64,000 bases of DNA from Elusimicrobiota bacterium (GCA_003450815.1 DMES01000037.1:831-64830), one strand, 5' to 3'. Positions 35,517 through 44,250 are shown, counted from the first letter of the stretch. Numbers and translations are program-made. Notes: generated from the letters alone by a model not told the origin.

Positions 35517-36529
35517 AAAAGTGGACTGTTCTTGTTTTTATAGCGCTTTTGGGGCTTATACTTGGCCTGCGTTATCTGAGTAAAAAGAATGAGGCAAAAG
35601 TGGAACAGAACGCAGGCATGCAGCTGTCCGAACCGGTGGGGGTTGCTCTGCCGCAGGGGGTGAATACCTACTCTCCATCAGGCTCTGTGGCGTCTTCTCC
35701 CGCAGACTCTTCCGCCCTGGATGCGGCCGCTTCCAAAGGGGCTTGTGAGGGCGGCGCTCTTAACGACATACTGTCTTCGCACGGAGTGTCATGGGGTTAT
35801 TCTACAAAAGGCGTTGTTTTTGAACCGTCTGAAACTGAAAAGATCTATGAGGCTTTGGAAAATTATTTTTCCTGCGAGGCTGTCGCCATGGACGATATGG
35901 CTGCATGTGGGCCCTTAACGACCGATTCGGGTGATAAAGGCGATGTGCGTTTCAGTAATCCAAGATATAAATGTTCCGATAGCGCGAACAGGGTGCTGTT
36001 CAAGGCCTATATGGCGGGGATGCACGGCAATGCTTCGGCTTGTGCGTCATTTCTTGCAGGCGATAGTGTCAAGGACATCAAGTTGGATACTGTTGAGTTT
36101 TGCAATATAGCCGCAAAGGGGATGGAGAATATCTGTGTCGGCCTTGCTCCCTTTCTTCCGGCCTCAAAAAAAGCGGAATGCCTGACGGTTTTTCCAGCTA
36201 AAAAAACCGACTGTAGCGGCAAAGAATTCTGTCTGGATAATTACAAAATATATTCCGCCATCAAGGCCAGAAATCCGGGCCAGTGCCCTGAGAAGTACCG
36301 GCCCGCTTGTGAAGCTTTCTTCTCTAAGCGTCAGGCTTCCTGTTCAAATCTCATCACGAAGGCCAGTAAACTGTATTGCTCATCCCTTGCCGTGTTAAAA
36401 AAGAAACAAGCCAGCGGCATGTTTTTGTCTGAGCAAGAAAAGAAAGATGCCGAAATACGGAAAAAGGAAGAGGAAAGAATAATGCAGGAAGTAAATAAAA
36501 ATGCGAGGAAAATGCTGGGTAAGGAGTGA
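35513..36529 (+). CDS. membrane-anchored cysteine-rich protein, hypothetical
   Basis: GTG start overlaps the previous stop (GTGA) and has GAGGGGG upstream. It has one N-terminal TM helix. I count 14 Cys. The tail is Lys/Glu-rich. Confidence 0.65.
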   Translation: MKKWTVLVFIALLGLILGLRYLSKKNEAKVEQNAGMQLSEPVGVALPQGVNTYSPSGSVASSPADSSALDAAASKGACEGGALNDILSSHGVSWGYSTKGVVFEPSETEKIYEALENYFSCEAVAMDDMAACGPLTTDSGDKGDVRFSNPRYKCSDSANRVLFKAYMAGMHGNASACASFLAGDSVKDIKLDTVEFCNIAAKGMENICVGLAPFLPASKKAECLTVFPAKKTDCSGKEFCLDNYKIYSAIKARNPGQCPEKYRPACEAFFSKRQASCSNLITKASKLYCSSLAVLKKKQASGMFLSEQEKKDAEIRKKEEERIMQEVNKNARKMLGKE

Positions 36530-36536
36530 AAATTTT

Positions 36537-36869
36537 ATGGCTCAAAAAAAATCCAAGCTTAAAAAAAATATAAAAATGTTCCTTAACAGCGAAGAAGGTA
36601 AAATGCTGGATGCCGATATTGTTAAAACCGGCATCGCCTTGGGTATTATGGGCGCGGTCATGGCGGATCAGGCTGCGGCTCAGGCCGTTGTACATTCAAA
36701 CTATTTTTTTAATTCAGGCCCAGGCAGTGGTTCAGGCCATGCCAGCCACCAGAGCCACGGTTCGCACGGTTCGCACGGTTCGCACGGCTCACACGCCTCG
36801 CACGGTTCGCACGGTTCGCACGGTTCGCACGGTTCGCATGGCTCGCACTCGCGCGGCGGCTGGTGCTGA
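36537..36869 (+). CDS. His-Xaa-Ser repeat peptide (HxsA-like candidate precursor)
   Basis: AAGGAG is 9 nt upstream of ATG 36537. It is 110 aa: [21 protein letters not shown] / [29 protein letters not shown] / ..GPGSGSG / HAS HQS (HGS)4 HAS (HGS)5 HSR / GGWC. Confidence 0.8.
   Translation: MAQKKSKLKKNIKMFLNSEEGKMLDADIVKTGIALGIMGAVMADQAAAQAVVHSNYFFNSGPGSGSGHASHQSHGSHGSHGSHGSHASHGSHGSHGSHGSHGSHSRGGWC
36738..36854 (+). repeat. 9-bp tandem repeat (CACGGTTCG and variants) encoding the His-Xaa-Ser triplets
   Basis: Read directly. There are 12 full 9-nt units plus a terminal CAC TCG CGC. Most units are identical at the nucleotide level. Confidence 0.95.
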
Positions 36870-36927
36870 TGCTTTTTTCCGGCGCTTTGCTCTTGTTTGA
36901 ATAGCTGATGGATGTTTAAAAAATCCG

Positions 36928-37056
36928 ATGGCGCAGACGTATGTGTGGCGCCATAACGAGTGGAAAGGCGGTCGTCTGGCGGCTCAGTACGCTGTCAAAA
37001 ACGGCTTTAAATTGGAAAGCCTTATATCTTACAATTATCCCCCCCGCATCTTTTGA
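36928..37056 (+). CDS. candidate 42-aa small ORF coupled to the following radical SAM gene
   Basis: Below the track's size cutoff. [42 protein letters not shown]. Its TGA abuts ATG 37057 (TGAATG), and 37057 has no SD of its own. The sORF has no SD either. Confidence 0.3.
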   Translation: MAQTYVWRHNEWKGGRLAAQYAVKNGFKLESLISYNYPPRIF

Positions 37057-38157
37057 ATGAAAGTTCCAAAAGAAATACAGAAACTGAAAATAGCGCTCAC
37101 AACGGATTGCGTTCTTGCCTGCCGGCACTGTCGGGTGGACAAAAAGGCCGGACTCACTATAAGTTTAGACGACGCTGCCCGTGGAGTGGATATGCTGATT
37201 TCCTCTCCCGGGAAATTGAAACGTCTTGAACTTTATGGAGGTGAGCCGTTTCTTAAATTCCGGCTGTTTAAGGATATCGTGCAATACGCCGTAAGGCTTT
37301 CGGCGCGGTCCTGCAAAAAACTTTCAATTTCAGCGGCCTCAAACGGGCTTGTGCTGAATGAAGACCACCTGAAGTTTATCAGGGAAAACCGTGTTAATCT
37401 CTCCATAAGCATTTCCGGCTCGGAGAAGGCTCATGACCTGACACGCGTTTATCCCGGAGGCGGTGGAAGCTACGCCGACCTCAAAAAAAAGCTGGCGCTT
37501 ATCTTCTCCCGGCTTGAGGCTGAAAATATTGTGGCGCTTGAATGCGTACATCCGGCCTGTGCCGCGTCGCTTGGACCCGATTTGCGCCGCTTGGCCGACT
37601 TTGGTTTTAAAGTGATAAATATAGAATGTGTGCACGGGCCTGATTGGGGGCAAAGCTCTCTTAAGGCATTTGAAAGTGCCCTCCTTTCTTTCTCGGGCCG
37701 GCTTTTTACGGCAGTTAAAAAAGGCGTTTACATAGCGCCGGAGCCGTTTCTGGAATTTTTTCGGGTAAAAGGCGCGGCTGCCAGTCTTCAATGTCCTCTT
37801 TACAGAGATCTTGAGCTTTATCCCGACGGTGTTTTTTCTTTTTATCCGTTTGCCTTTATGGATTATTCTAAATGGCGAAAAGCGGTTAAACTAGGAACCT
37901 CCATTTCCGGACTTTGCAGGAGGTATTCGGCCTGTATACCTGGTGGAAAATTGTGCGCCGGCTGCGTCAGTAAATATTATGTGATCGGAGGACTTGCCGG
38001 CGGAGCGCGTGCCTATACCCTTAGAACGGCGGTGCTTAAAAAAGTGCTTCTGGATATAATGCGGCGTGCCCGCACAGAAAAGGCCTTTAACGGGTATGTG
38101 CGCTGGCTTGCAGGCATTGAGCAAAGAACCTATGTCGATTACCGTGGAATGAAGTGA
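37057..38157 (+). CDS. radical SAM protein with auxiliary-cluster (SPASM/twitch-like) C-terminus
   Basis: 366 aa. Has CVLACRHC, LYGGEPFL, and later Cys motifs CPLY..PDGVFSFYP and CRRYSACIPGGKLCAGC. Confidence 0.75.
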   Translation: MKVPKEIQKLKIALTTDCVLACRHCRVDKKAGLTISLDDAARGVDMLISSPGKLKRLELYGGEPFLKFRLFKDIVQYAVRLSARSCKKLSISAASNGLVLNEDHLKFIRENRVNLSISISGSEKAHDLTRVYPGGGGSYADLKKKLALIFSRLEAENIVALECVHPACAASLGPDLRRLADFGFKVINIECVHGPDWGQSSLKAFESALLSFSGRLFTAVKKGVYIAPEPFLEFFRVKGAAASLQCPLYRDLELYPDGVFSFYPFAFMDYSKWRKAVKLGTSISGLCRRYSACIPGGKLCAGCVSKYYVIGGLAGGARAYTLRTAVLKKVLLDIMRRARTEKAFNGYVRWLAGIEQRTYVDYRGMK

Positions 38158-38220
38158 ATGCCGCAAACGGCGGGTTGCAGGATGTCTCAAAAATAAAAAA
38201 AATCTTTTCCATTGAAATAT

Positions 38221-39624
38221 ATGAAAAAACCATTCATAGCATCGTACAATTTCAATTTTGTAAAAAAAGGCCGAAATATTTTAATTTCAAACGAGTTCGG
38301 CGGCTGGAGTCTTATAGGTGAGGCTGATTTTAAAAAATTGGCCGCCGGAAGGCTTTTACACGGCAGTTTAGCGCGTGAGCTTTCCGAAAAGGGGTTTGCG
38401 GCCAACCGCATGGATATGAAAGGCATGGCATTAGGGCTCTCCAAAACGCTGTTTGGTGGTTGGAAAGGGCCGCACGTACATATAATTTCGCTCACACAGC
38501 GTTGCAACCAAGCCTGCGCGTATTGCTGCGCCTCAGCGGGTCACGGCGGCGGCGGCATGAGCCGTAAGACCGCGGCCAAAACCCTTGATTTTATTTTTTC
38601 CATCCCCTGCGGGGACCTGGTTATGGAATTTCAGGGTGGAGAGCCGCTGCTTAATTTCAGCGTTCTGCGGTTCATGGTGAACTCGGCGCGGCGCCGCGCC
38701 GTTGCGCAAGGCCGAAGGGTTCATTTCTCAGTGGTCACAAACCTTACCGCCATGACCGCGGCAAAGCTGGAATTTTTGGTTTTAAACGGTGTTACAATCT
38801 GCACCTCCCTTGACGGGCCCGCTTCCCTGCACGACGCGAACCGCAGATTGGCCGGGCGCGGGACACACGCGCTGGTAACCGCCTGGCTTAAAAAAACAAG
38901 AGTTGCGGCAAAGAAATACCCAGGGTTTGAGCCGCCGAACGCAATCAGCACTATAACGCGCGCTTCGCTGGCGCAGCCCGAGCGTATAGTGGACGAGTTT
39001 ATCAGGCAGGGCATACGCCGCGTGCAACTTGGGCCGCTGGATCCGTTGGGACGCGCCGCCGGCGGCTGGGGCGCGCTGGGTTTTTCCGCCGCGGAATTTC
39101 TGGCTTTTTATTCACGGGCGCTGGATTACATGCTGGCGCTTAACCGCCGCGGTAATCCGGTTTATGAGAAAGGCGCGGTTATGTTCTTAAAGGAAATATT
39201 CGGATTCGGGCGGCCGCGCTACCAGAACCTGGATATTTTTTACCGTCTCGCTTACAATATAGACGGCGGAGTTTACGGGTCGGACGAGGCCCGGATGCTG
39301 GCCAACTCCGGAGACGACTCCTTCCGCCTTGGCAGTGTGCAGCGGGATAGTTTTAAGAGGCTTATAAAAAAACCGACTACCAGGCTGCTGCTGCTTTCGG
39401 CCTTTCCGCAGCTTACCCAGAGCGCCTGCGCCCGCTGTCCATATTCGGTCTGGTGTCGTGTAAGCCCTGCTCATAACTGGGCCGCGCAGGGTTCCTTCTG
39501 GGGAGATATGATGACCAGCCAGCGCTGTGCGATTTTTAAAGGGGTGTTTGACCTGCTTTTATCCAGGCTGAGTGATCGCGCCGCCGGGCCTGTCCTGCGG
39601 CATTGGTCGGAGTTTGAGCCTTAA
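38221..39624 (+). CDS. radical SAM/SPASM peptide maturase, HxsB-like (copy 2)
   Basis: MKKPFIASYNFNFVKKGRNILISNEFGGWSLIGEADFKKL.., CNQACAYC, EFQGGEPLLN, ..ACARCPYSVWC. The track's start at 38212 is TTG, so ATG 38221 is preferred. Confidence 0.7.
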   Translation: MKKPFIASYNFNFVKKGRNILISNEFGGWSLIGEADFKKLAAGRLLHGSLARELSEKGFAANRMDMKGMALGLSKTLFGGWKGPHVHIISLTQRCNQACAYCCASAGHGGGGMSRKTAAKTLDFIFSIPCGDLVMEFQGGEPLLNFSVLRFMVNSARRRAVAQGRRVHFSVVTNLTAMTAAKLEFLVLNGVTICTSLDGPASLHDANRRLAGRGTHALVTAWLKKTRVAAKKYPGFEPPNAISTITRASLAQPERIVDEFIRQGIRRVQLGPLDPLGRAAGGWGALGFSAAEFLAFYSRALDYMLALNRRGNPVYEKGAVMFLKEIFGFGRPRYQNLDIFYRLAYNIDGGVYGSDEARMLANSGDDSFRLGSVQRDSFKRLIKKPTTRLLLLSAFPQLTQSACARCPYSVWCRVSPAHNWAAQGSFWGDMMTSQRCAIFKGVFDLLLSRLSDRAAGPVLRHWSEFEP

Positions 39625-39636
39625 ATTCCCGTCACT

Positions 39637-40680
39637 ATGATAAAATCTAGGTATATGAAGGCAAAAGCTCTTTCCTACAGGCAGGCTGCGGCGCGTTTCG
39701 GCTGGCCGGCAGGGCGGATGAAAATTTGCGAACTAACGCTCGGCTACTCCTGTAACGCCCGCTGCGTGTTCTGCTACAGTTCGCCGGAGCTTGAAAACTG
39801 GAAAGAGCGTCCGTCCATGGATTTAAGGCGGGCGGGGGAGCATTTGCTGGCTTCCTATAAAAATGGCGCCCGCATGCTACAGATTATAGGCGGCGAGCCC
39901 ACCATAAACGAAGACCTTCCCCGCGTAATAAGTCTGGCCAAACGCACAGGTTACCTGGCGGTGCAGATAGTGTCAAATGGCCTTAAGCTTGCGGACGAGG
40001 ATTTTGTTAAAACGCTTGTAAAATCAGGCTTGAATACCGCCAATCTTTCTATCCACGGCCCTGACCGCGTCACCCACGACGCGGTAGTGGGGGTTGAGGG
40101 GGCTTTTGAAAGCACTCTTAAAGCGGCGCGCAATTTAATAGATGCCGGGGTTTACATCAACACCGGCACAGCCGTCACAGGCATTAATTACCGTAAAATT
40201 CCGGCCCTGGCCGCTTTTGTTCTGCGTGAGCTGGGAGTGGATTCCTGCCACATTATAGCCGCGCATTACCTTGGAGCGGCCTTCAAAAGGCGCAGGGCCC
40301 TGCGTGTTACTTACACTGAACAGATGCCGTATATTAAGAAGGCTGTGGCGGCCTTCCGCTTGGCGTATGTGAGGCCGGCTTTCGCTTTCCTAAGCAATTA
40401 TCTGCCCTGTGTGCTGCCCGGCTACGAGGCCCTGATGGGCGACTGGAAGTATCCTGAGGCTGACGACGACCTGTATCTGCCGGAAGCCAGTCACGAAGGA
40501 CGGATGTACACGATGATAACCGAAACTCTGCGCATGAAGTCTCCTTACTGCAAGCGGTGTGTTTATTGTGGCGTCTGCGCCGGTTTTGAAAAAACATATT
40601 TTGAAATGTTTGGCGGCGGGGAATTTGTTCCGCTTCTTGAGAAACCGGATGTTTACCCACTGAAGCCGGTGTGCGTATGA
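39637..40680 (+). CDS. radical SAM protein, compact CX2CX5C family
   Basis: 347 aa. Has CNARCVFC, IIGGEPT, LPCVLPGYEALM, and the C-terminal CKRCVYCGVCAGFEKTYFEMFGGGEFVP. Confidence 0.8.
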   Translation: MIKSRYMKAKALSYRQAAARFGWPAGRMKICELTLGYSCNARCVFCYSSPELENWKERPSMDLRRAGEHLLASYKNGARMLQIIGGEPTINEDLPRVISLAKRTGYLAVQIVSNGLKLADEDFVKTLVKSGLNTANLSIHGPDRVTHDAVVGVEGAFESTLKAARNLIDAGVYINTGTAVTGINYRKIPALAAFVLRELGVDSCHIIAAHYLGAAFKRRRALRVTYTEQMPYIKKAVAAFRLAYVRPAFAFLSNYLPCVLPGYEALMGDWKYPEADDDLYLPEASHEGRMYTMITETLRMKSPYCKRCVYCGVCAGFEKTYFEMFGGGEFVPLLEKPDVYPLKPVCV

Positions 40681-40736
40681 GTTGTACTAGGGTGAAATTT
40701 CTTCTTAATTTTTACCGGTCAGGCGTGATCTGAAGT

Positions 40737-41582
40737 ATGAAAATGCAGGTGGGGATAGGCTCTTTCAGGGAATTGGATTACTTTCTGGCCGCGGGCGCCG
40801 GGGAGTTCTACTGCGGCCTTGATAAAATACCAAGCCATGTTGAGGGCGCGTGTAATTTCGGGAGTTTGGACGATATCCTGACGGCCGCAAGGCTGGTCCA
40901 TGCCGCAGGCGGAAAAATGTTTTTTGCCGCCAACGAGGTTCATGCTTCTCTGCTGGAAGAGACCGGGTGCGTTATAAGAGAACTGGCGAACGGCGGCATA
41001 GACGGCGTGATAATAAAAGATCTAGCCCTGCTGGACCTGCTTAAGCGCCGCGGCATTAAGACCGCTTATATTCTCAGCACTCTTTCATGCTGCATGAACG
41101 CCGCCACGCTGGCCGTTTACCGCGGATACGGGGTTAAGCGGCTCGCTCTGCCCGAGCAGCTTAACCCGGCCGAAACCCGCGAACTGGTGTGTAATTCCTG
41201 GGGTATAGTCTCCGAGGTCTTTCTGAAAGCTCGGGAATGCTGCAGGAATTTCAACGGCCTCTGTTTCCTGGACTGCCACGGAAAACAATCCAACACCTGC
41301 GGGAAGAGCTTCCGCCGTGAAGGCGGCGGTGTTTTTCGGATGCCGGGCTTTTCCCCGGAGGAACATATGGCCCAGCTGCATGACTATTACCATATGGGCG
41401 TGGGAGTGCTGAAAGTGGGGCGCTCTCCCAGACCCGAAACCTCGCGGCTGGTTTTTAAGGAGGCGCTGCTGCTTCTGGATCTATTGAAATCAGGTTTGGG
41501 CCGTAAAGCCTTTACAGGTGAAGCCTTGCGCGTACATACTGTCTTTGACAAGGCTTATCGTCACCTTATAGAGAGAGTCTGA
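40737..41582 (+). CDS. peptidase-U32-family protein
   Basis: 281 aa. Has AGAGEFYCG, GIDGVIIKDLALL, RLALPEQLNPAETREL, and the Cys cluster ECCRNFNGLCFLDCHG..TCG. It is paralogous to 26974..27930. Confidence 0.7.
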   Translation: MKMQVGIGSFRELDYFLAAGAGEFYCGLDKIPSHVEGACNFGSLDDILTAARLVHAAGGKMFFAANEVHASLLEETGCVIRELANGGIDGVIIKDLALLDLLKRRGIKTAYILSTLSCCMNAATLAVYRGYGVKRLALPEQLNPAETRELVCNSWGIVSEVFLKARECCRNFNGLCFLDCHGKQSNTCGKSFRREGGGVFRMPGFSPEEHMAQLHDYYHMGVGVLKVGRSPRPETSRLVFKEALLLLDLLKSGLGRKAFTGEALRVHTVFDKAYRHLIERV

Positions 41583-42278
41583 ATGGAATTAGCCGTGCTG
41601 CTTACTCCCGAAGAGGCCCGCGCCGCGGGCCCCGGCTTGTTTAAAAGGTATTCCAGGGCTTATGTCGGAAGCGGGTTCTGCCAGAACCTCCTGCCGGAAG
41701 CGCGGGATATAGGCATGCTTCATTCAAAAGGCGCTAAAACCATTACACTGGCAACTCCGCTGTTTACCGGCGCCGGCCTGAAAAAATTCGAAAAAATCCT
41801 GAAAGCGGTGCTGGAAACGGAAAAAAGGATTGAGGTTTCGGTAAATGATTTGGGTTTGCTGGCCTTGCTGCGACGGCGCTACCGCGCGCGGGTGACGCCG
41901 CTGCTCGGCAGGCCGGTCTCGCATGATTATCTCCGCATGGAGCCGTCTTTTTTGAAACGGTTTTTGCGGTATTACGGCGTGAAATACCTTGAAAGCGACG
42001 AAAATTCCATGGTGCGCAATCTTCCGGCTTCGTCAAAACTGGCAGTGTCTTTTCATTACCCGCTTGCCTGCCTAGCCATGAGCCGTTTTTGCCCGCACGA
42101 GGGCCGTATGGACGACAGTTGCGCTCGGTCCTGCGCGGTAGGCCCTGTAAAACTGGAAGACGCCTGCGGAGAACAGCTGATTTTAAAGAACGGCGCGTAT
42201 TTTGCAGGGAATACGCCCTGCCGTCACAAGGCTGTAAAGCGTCTGGTTTACGCTCCGGGCGGTTCACTTAAGCTTTAG
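41583..42278 (+). CDS. U32-like partner protein
   Basis: 231 aa. Its ATG directly abuts the upstream stop. YVGSGFCQNLLPE, VSVNDLGLLALL and the Cys cluster SRFCPHEG..DSCARSC are paralogous to 26150..26971. Confidence 0.6.
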   Translation: MELAVLLTPEEARAAGPGLFKRYSRAYVGSGFCQNLLPEARDIGMLHSKGAKTITLATPLFTGAGLKKFEKILKAVLETEKRIEVSVNDLGLLALLRRRYRARVTPLLGRPVSHDYLRMEPSFLKRFLRYYGVKYLESDENSMVRNLPASSKLAVSFHYPLACLAMSRFCPHEGRMDDSCARSCAVGPVKLEDACGEQLILKNGAYFAGNTPCRHKAVKRLVYAPGGSLKL

Positions 42279-42314
42279 AAGCCTGTCCGGCATAAAGAAA
42301 AGAATTATTAAAAA

Positions 42315-43220
42315 ATGAAAAGAGTTGATATAAAAATAGGCTTCAACTGCAATAACCGCTGCGATTTCTGCGCGCAGGGGGACAAGCGTTACAAGAGCAA
42401 ACAAAAATCCCTGACAGAAATAAAACAAATTCTTCGGACCGCCCGCGCCTCCGGAGTGAGCGGGGTGGTTTTTACCGGCGGCGAACCCACGCTGCACCCC
42501 GGCCTTATAGATGCCGTAAAGGCCGCCCGCGCCATGGGGTATGTCAGCGTGCAGGTGCAGACCAACGGGCGGCATTTTGCCTATTACGATTACTGCGCGG
42601 GGCTTAAATCCGCCGGGGTCACTGAAATGGGGCCCTCGCTTCACGGCTCCAGCCCTGAAATTCATGAGGGCCTGACCAACGCCCCGGGAAGTTTTAGCGA
42701 GGTGGTTAAAGGCATACTCAATTGCAAGCGACTCGGGATGTATGTGTTGACCAATTCCGTGATTACAAAAAAAAATTACAAAGATTTGCCCGCGCTTGCT
42801 AAATTGCTCTTATATCTTAAGGTCGATCAGTATCAGCTGGCTTTTATTCATATAATAGGCACGGCTCTTGAAAACCGTGCCGGGATAGTGCCCCTAAAAA
42901 GCGACGCTATGCCGTTTATCCGCCGCGCCCTTGACGCTGGTATAAAAAAAGGCGTGCCCTGCTACACCGAAGCCATACCCTTTTGCCTGATGAAAGGGTA
43001 TGAGCGGTGCGTGGCCGAACGGATAATTCCTGAAGGGCCTGTAGCCGATGCCGGCATTTACGTTAAAAGTTACGGCGATTGGCGCCGCAACCAGGGCAAG
43101 CTCAAGCGAAAAGAGTGCCGGAGCTGCCGCTGGTTTGCGATCTGCGAGGGGCCCTGGCGGGAATATCCTGGGTTATACGGCTGGGATGAATTTGTGCCGG
43201 TCAAGAATAAAGCCGGTTAA
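42315..43220 (+). CDS. radical SAM protein, compact CX2CX5C family
   Basis: 301 aa. Has CNNRCDFC, FTGGEPTL, IPFCLMKGYERC, and CRSCRWFAICEGPWREYPGLYGWDEFVP. Confidence 0.8.
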   Translation: MKRVDIKIGFNCNNRCDFCAQGDKRYKSKQKSLTEIKQILRTARASGVSGVVFTGGEPTLHPGLIDAVKAARAMGYVSVQVQTNGRHFAYYDYCAGLKSAGVTEMGPSLHGSSPEIHEGLTNAPGSFSEVVKGILNCKRLGMYVLTNSVITKKNYKDLPALAKLLLYLKVDQYQLAFIHIIGTALENRAGIVPLKSDAMPFIRRALDAGIKKGVPCYTEAIPFCLMKGYERCVAERIIPEGPVADAGIYVKSYGDWRRNQGKLKRKECRSCRWFAICEGPWREYPGLYGWDEFVPVKNKAG

Positions 43221-43314
43221 AGCGATCCCGTTTAGCTGGATATTGAAAATGAATATAATGAACTATACCGGACTTATACCGAAGGCGGCTTGGCACGGGT
43301 TTTCTGCATAATCA

Positions 43315-44250
43315 ATGTCTGAAACCGGAATTTACGAATGTTATCTTACATACAGGTGCAATCAGCGCTGCACATTTTGCTTTGTGTCGGAGGCGGAGCG
43401 CGCGGTCGGAGCGCCAATCGGTTTCAAAAGCATAATAGGCAAAATTTACAAAATGAGAAAGGCCGGCTGCGATGACCTGCGGCTACTGGGGGGGGAACCG
43501 GCCATGTATCCGGATATAACCGGAGTATGCGCGGCTGCCTCAAAGATCGGTTATAAGAGCATAACTATTTTCACCAATGGAACCTGTTTTGCCGGCAATG
43601 AGCTCGCCAGTCAACTGAAGAAATACGGGCTTGACAGGGCGAATGTAAGTATTCATTCGCACAAGCCGGAAGTCCACGACAAGATAACCGGGGTGAAGGG
43701 TTCTTTTTACAGGATGCTTTCCGGTCTGGACAGCCTCCGACGCGCCGGAGTGAGGATTAGCTTTATCTGTGTGGTGAATTTCCTCAATGCCACAGAACTC
43801 AACAGGACGACGGCTTTTTTTCTGAACAAGGGCATTTCCGGATTCACTTTCTTTTTCACAAAATATCAGGGACGGATGGTTGAAGAGCCTACCAGGTCTG
43901 ATAAACTTTCCATCAGCATGTCCGAAGCGGCGGCCGTGGTGAAAAAAGCTCTCGGAGTATTCAGGCGCCATAAAATGCCATTGCCCGGGCTGGAACATTT
44001 TCTTCCGTGCGTTCTTCCAGGCTATGTACGGCTGATGACCGATTATTTTCCGGCAGAGGCTGGAAAACCGGACACTGGCTATCTGGTGCATCCGGATGGT
44101 ATTACGGCCCGAGTGTATGCCACAGCATATAAAGGCCGCAGATGGCTTGAAACCTGTTCCCGCTGCAGATTTCGGCGGGGCTGCTGCGGGATAGATCCCG
44201 GATATCTGGCTAAATTCGGTTCGCGGGAGTTTAAGCCGGTAAAAAAATGA
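43315..44250 (+). CDS. radical SAM protein, compact CX2CX5C family
   Basis: 311 aa. Has CNQRCTFC, LLGGEPAM, LPCVLPGYVRLM, and CSRCRFRRGCCGIDPGYLAKFGSREFKP. Confidence 0.8.
   Translation: MSETGIYECYLTYRCNQRCTFCFVSEAERAVGAPIGFKSIIGKIYKMRKAGCDDLRLLGGEPAMYPDITGVCAAASKIGYKSITIFTNGTCFAGNELASQLKKYGLDRANVSIHSHKPEVHDKITGVKGSFYRMLSGLDSLRRAGVRISFICVVNFLNATELNRTTAFFLNKGISGFTFFFTKYQGRMVEEPTRSDKLSISMSEAAAVVKKALGVFRRHKMPLPGLEHFLPCVLPGYVRLMTDYFPAEAGKPDTGYLVHPDGITARVYATAYKGRRWLETCSRCRFRRGCCGIDPGYLAKFGSREFKPVKK

Noticed and set aside
36738-36854. Regular short tandem repeat that could be mistaken for a CRISPR-like or minisatellite array
   Set aside because: The period is 9 nt with no spacers. It lies wholly inside a well-supported ORF and encodes His-Xaa-Ser triplets in frame.
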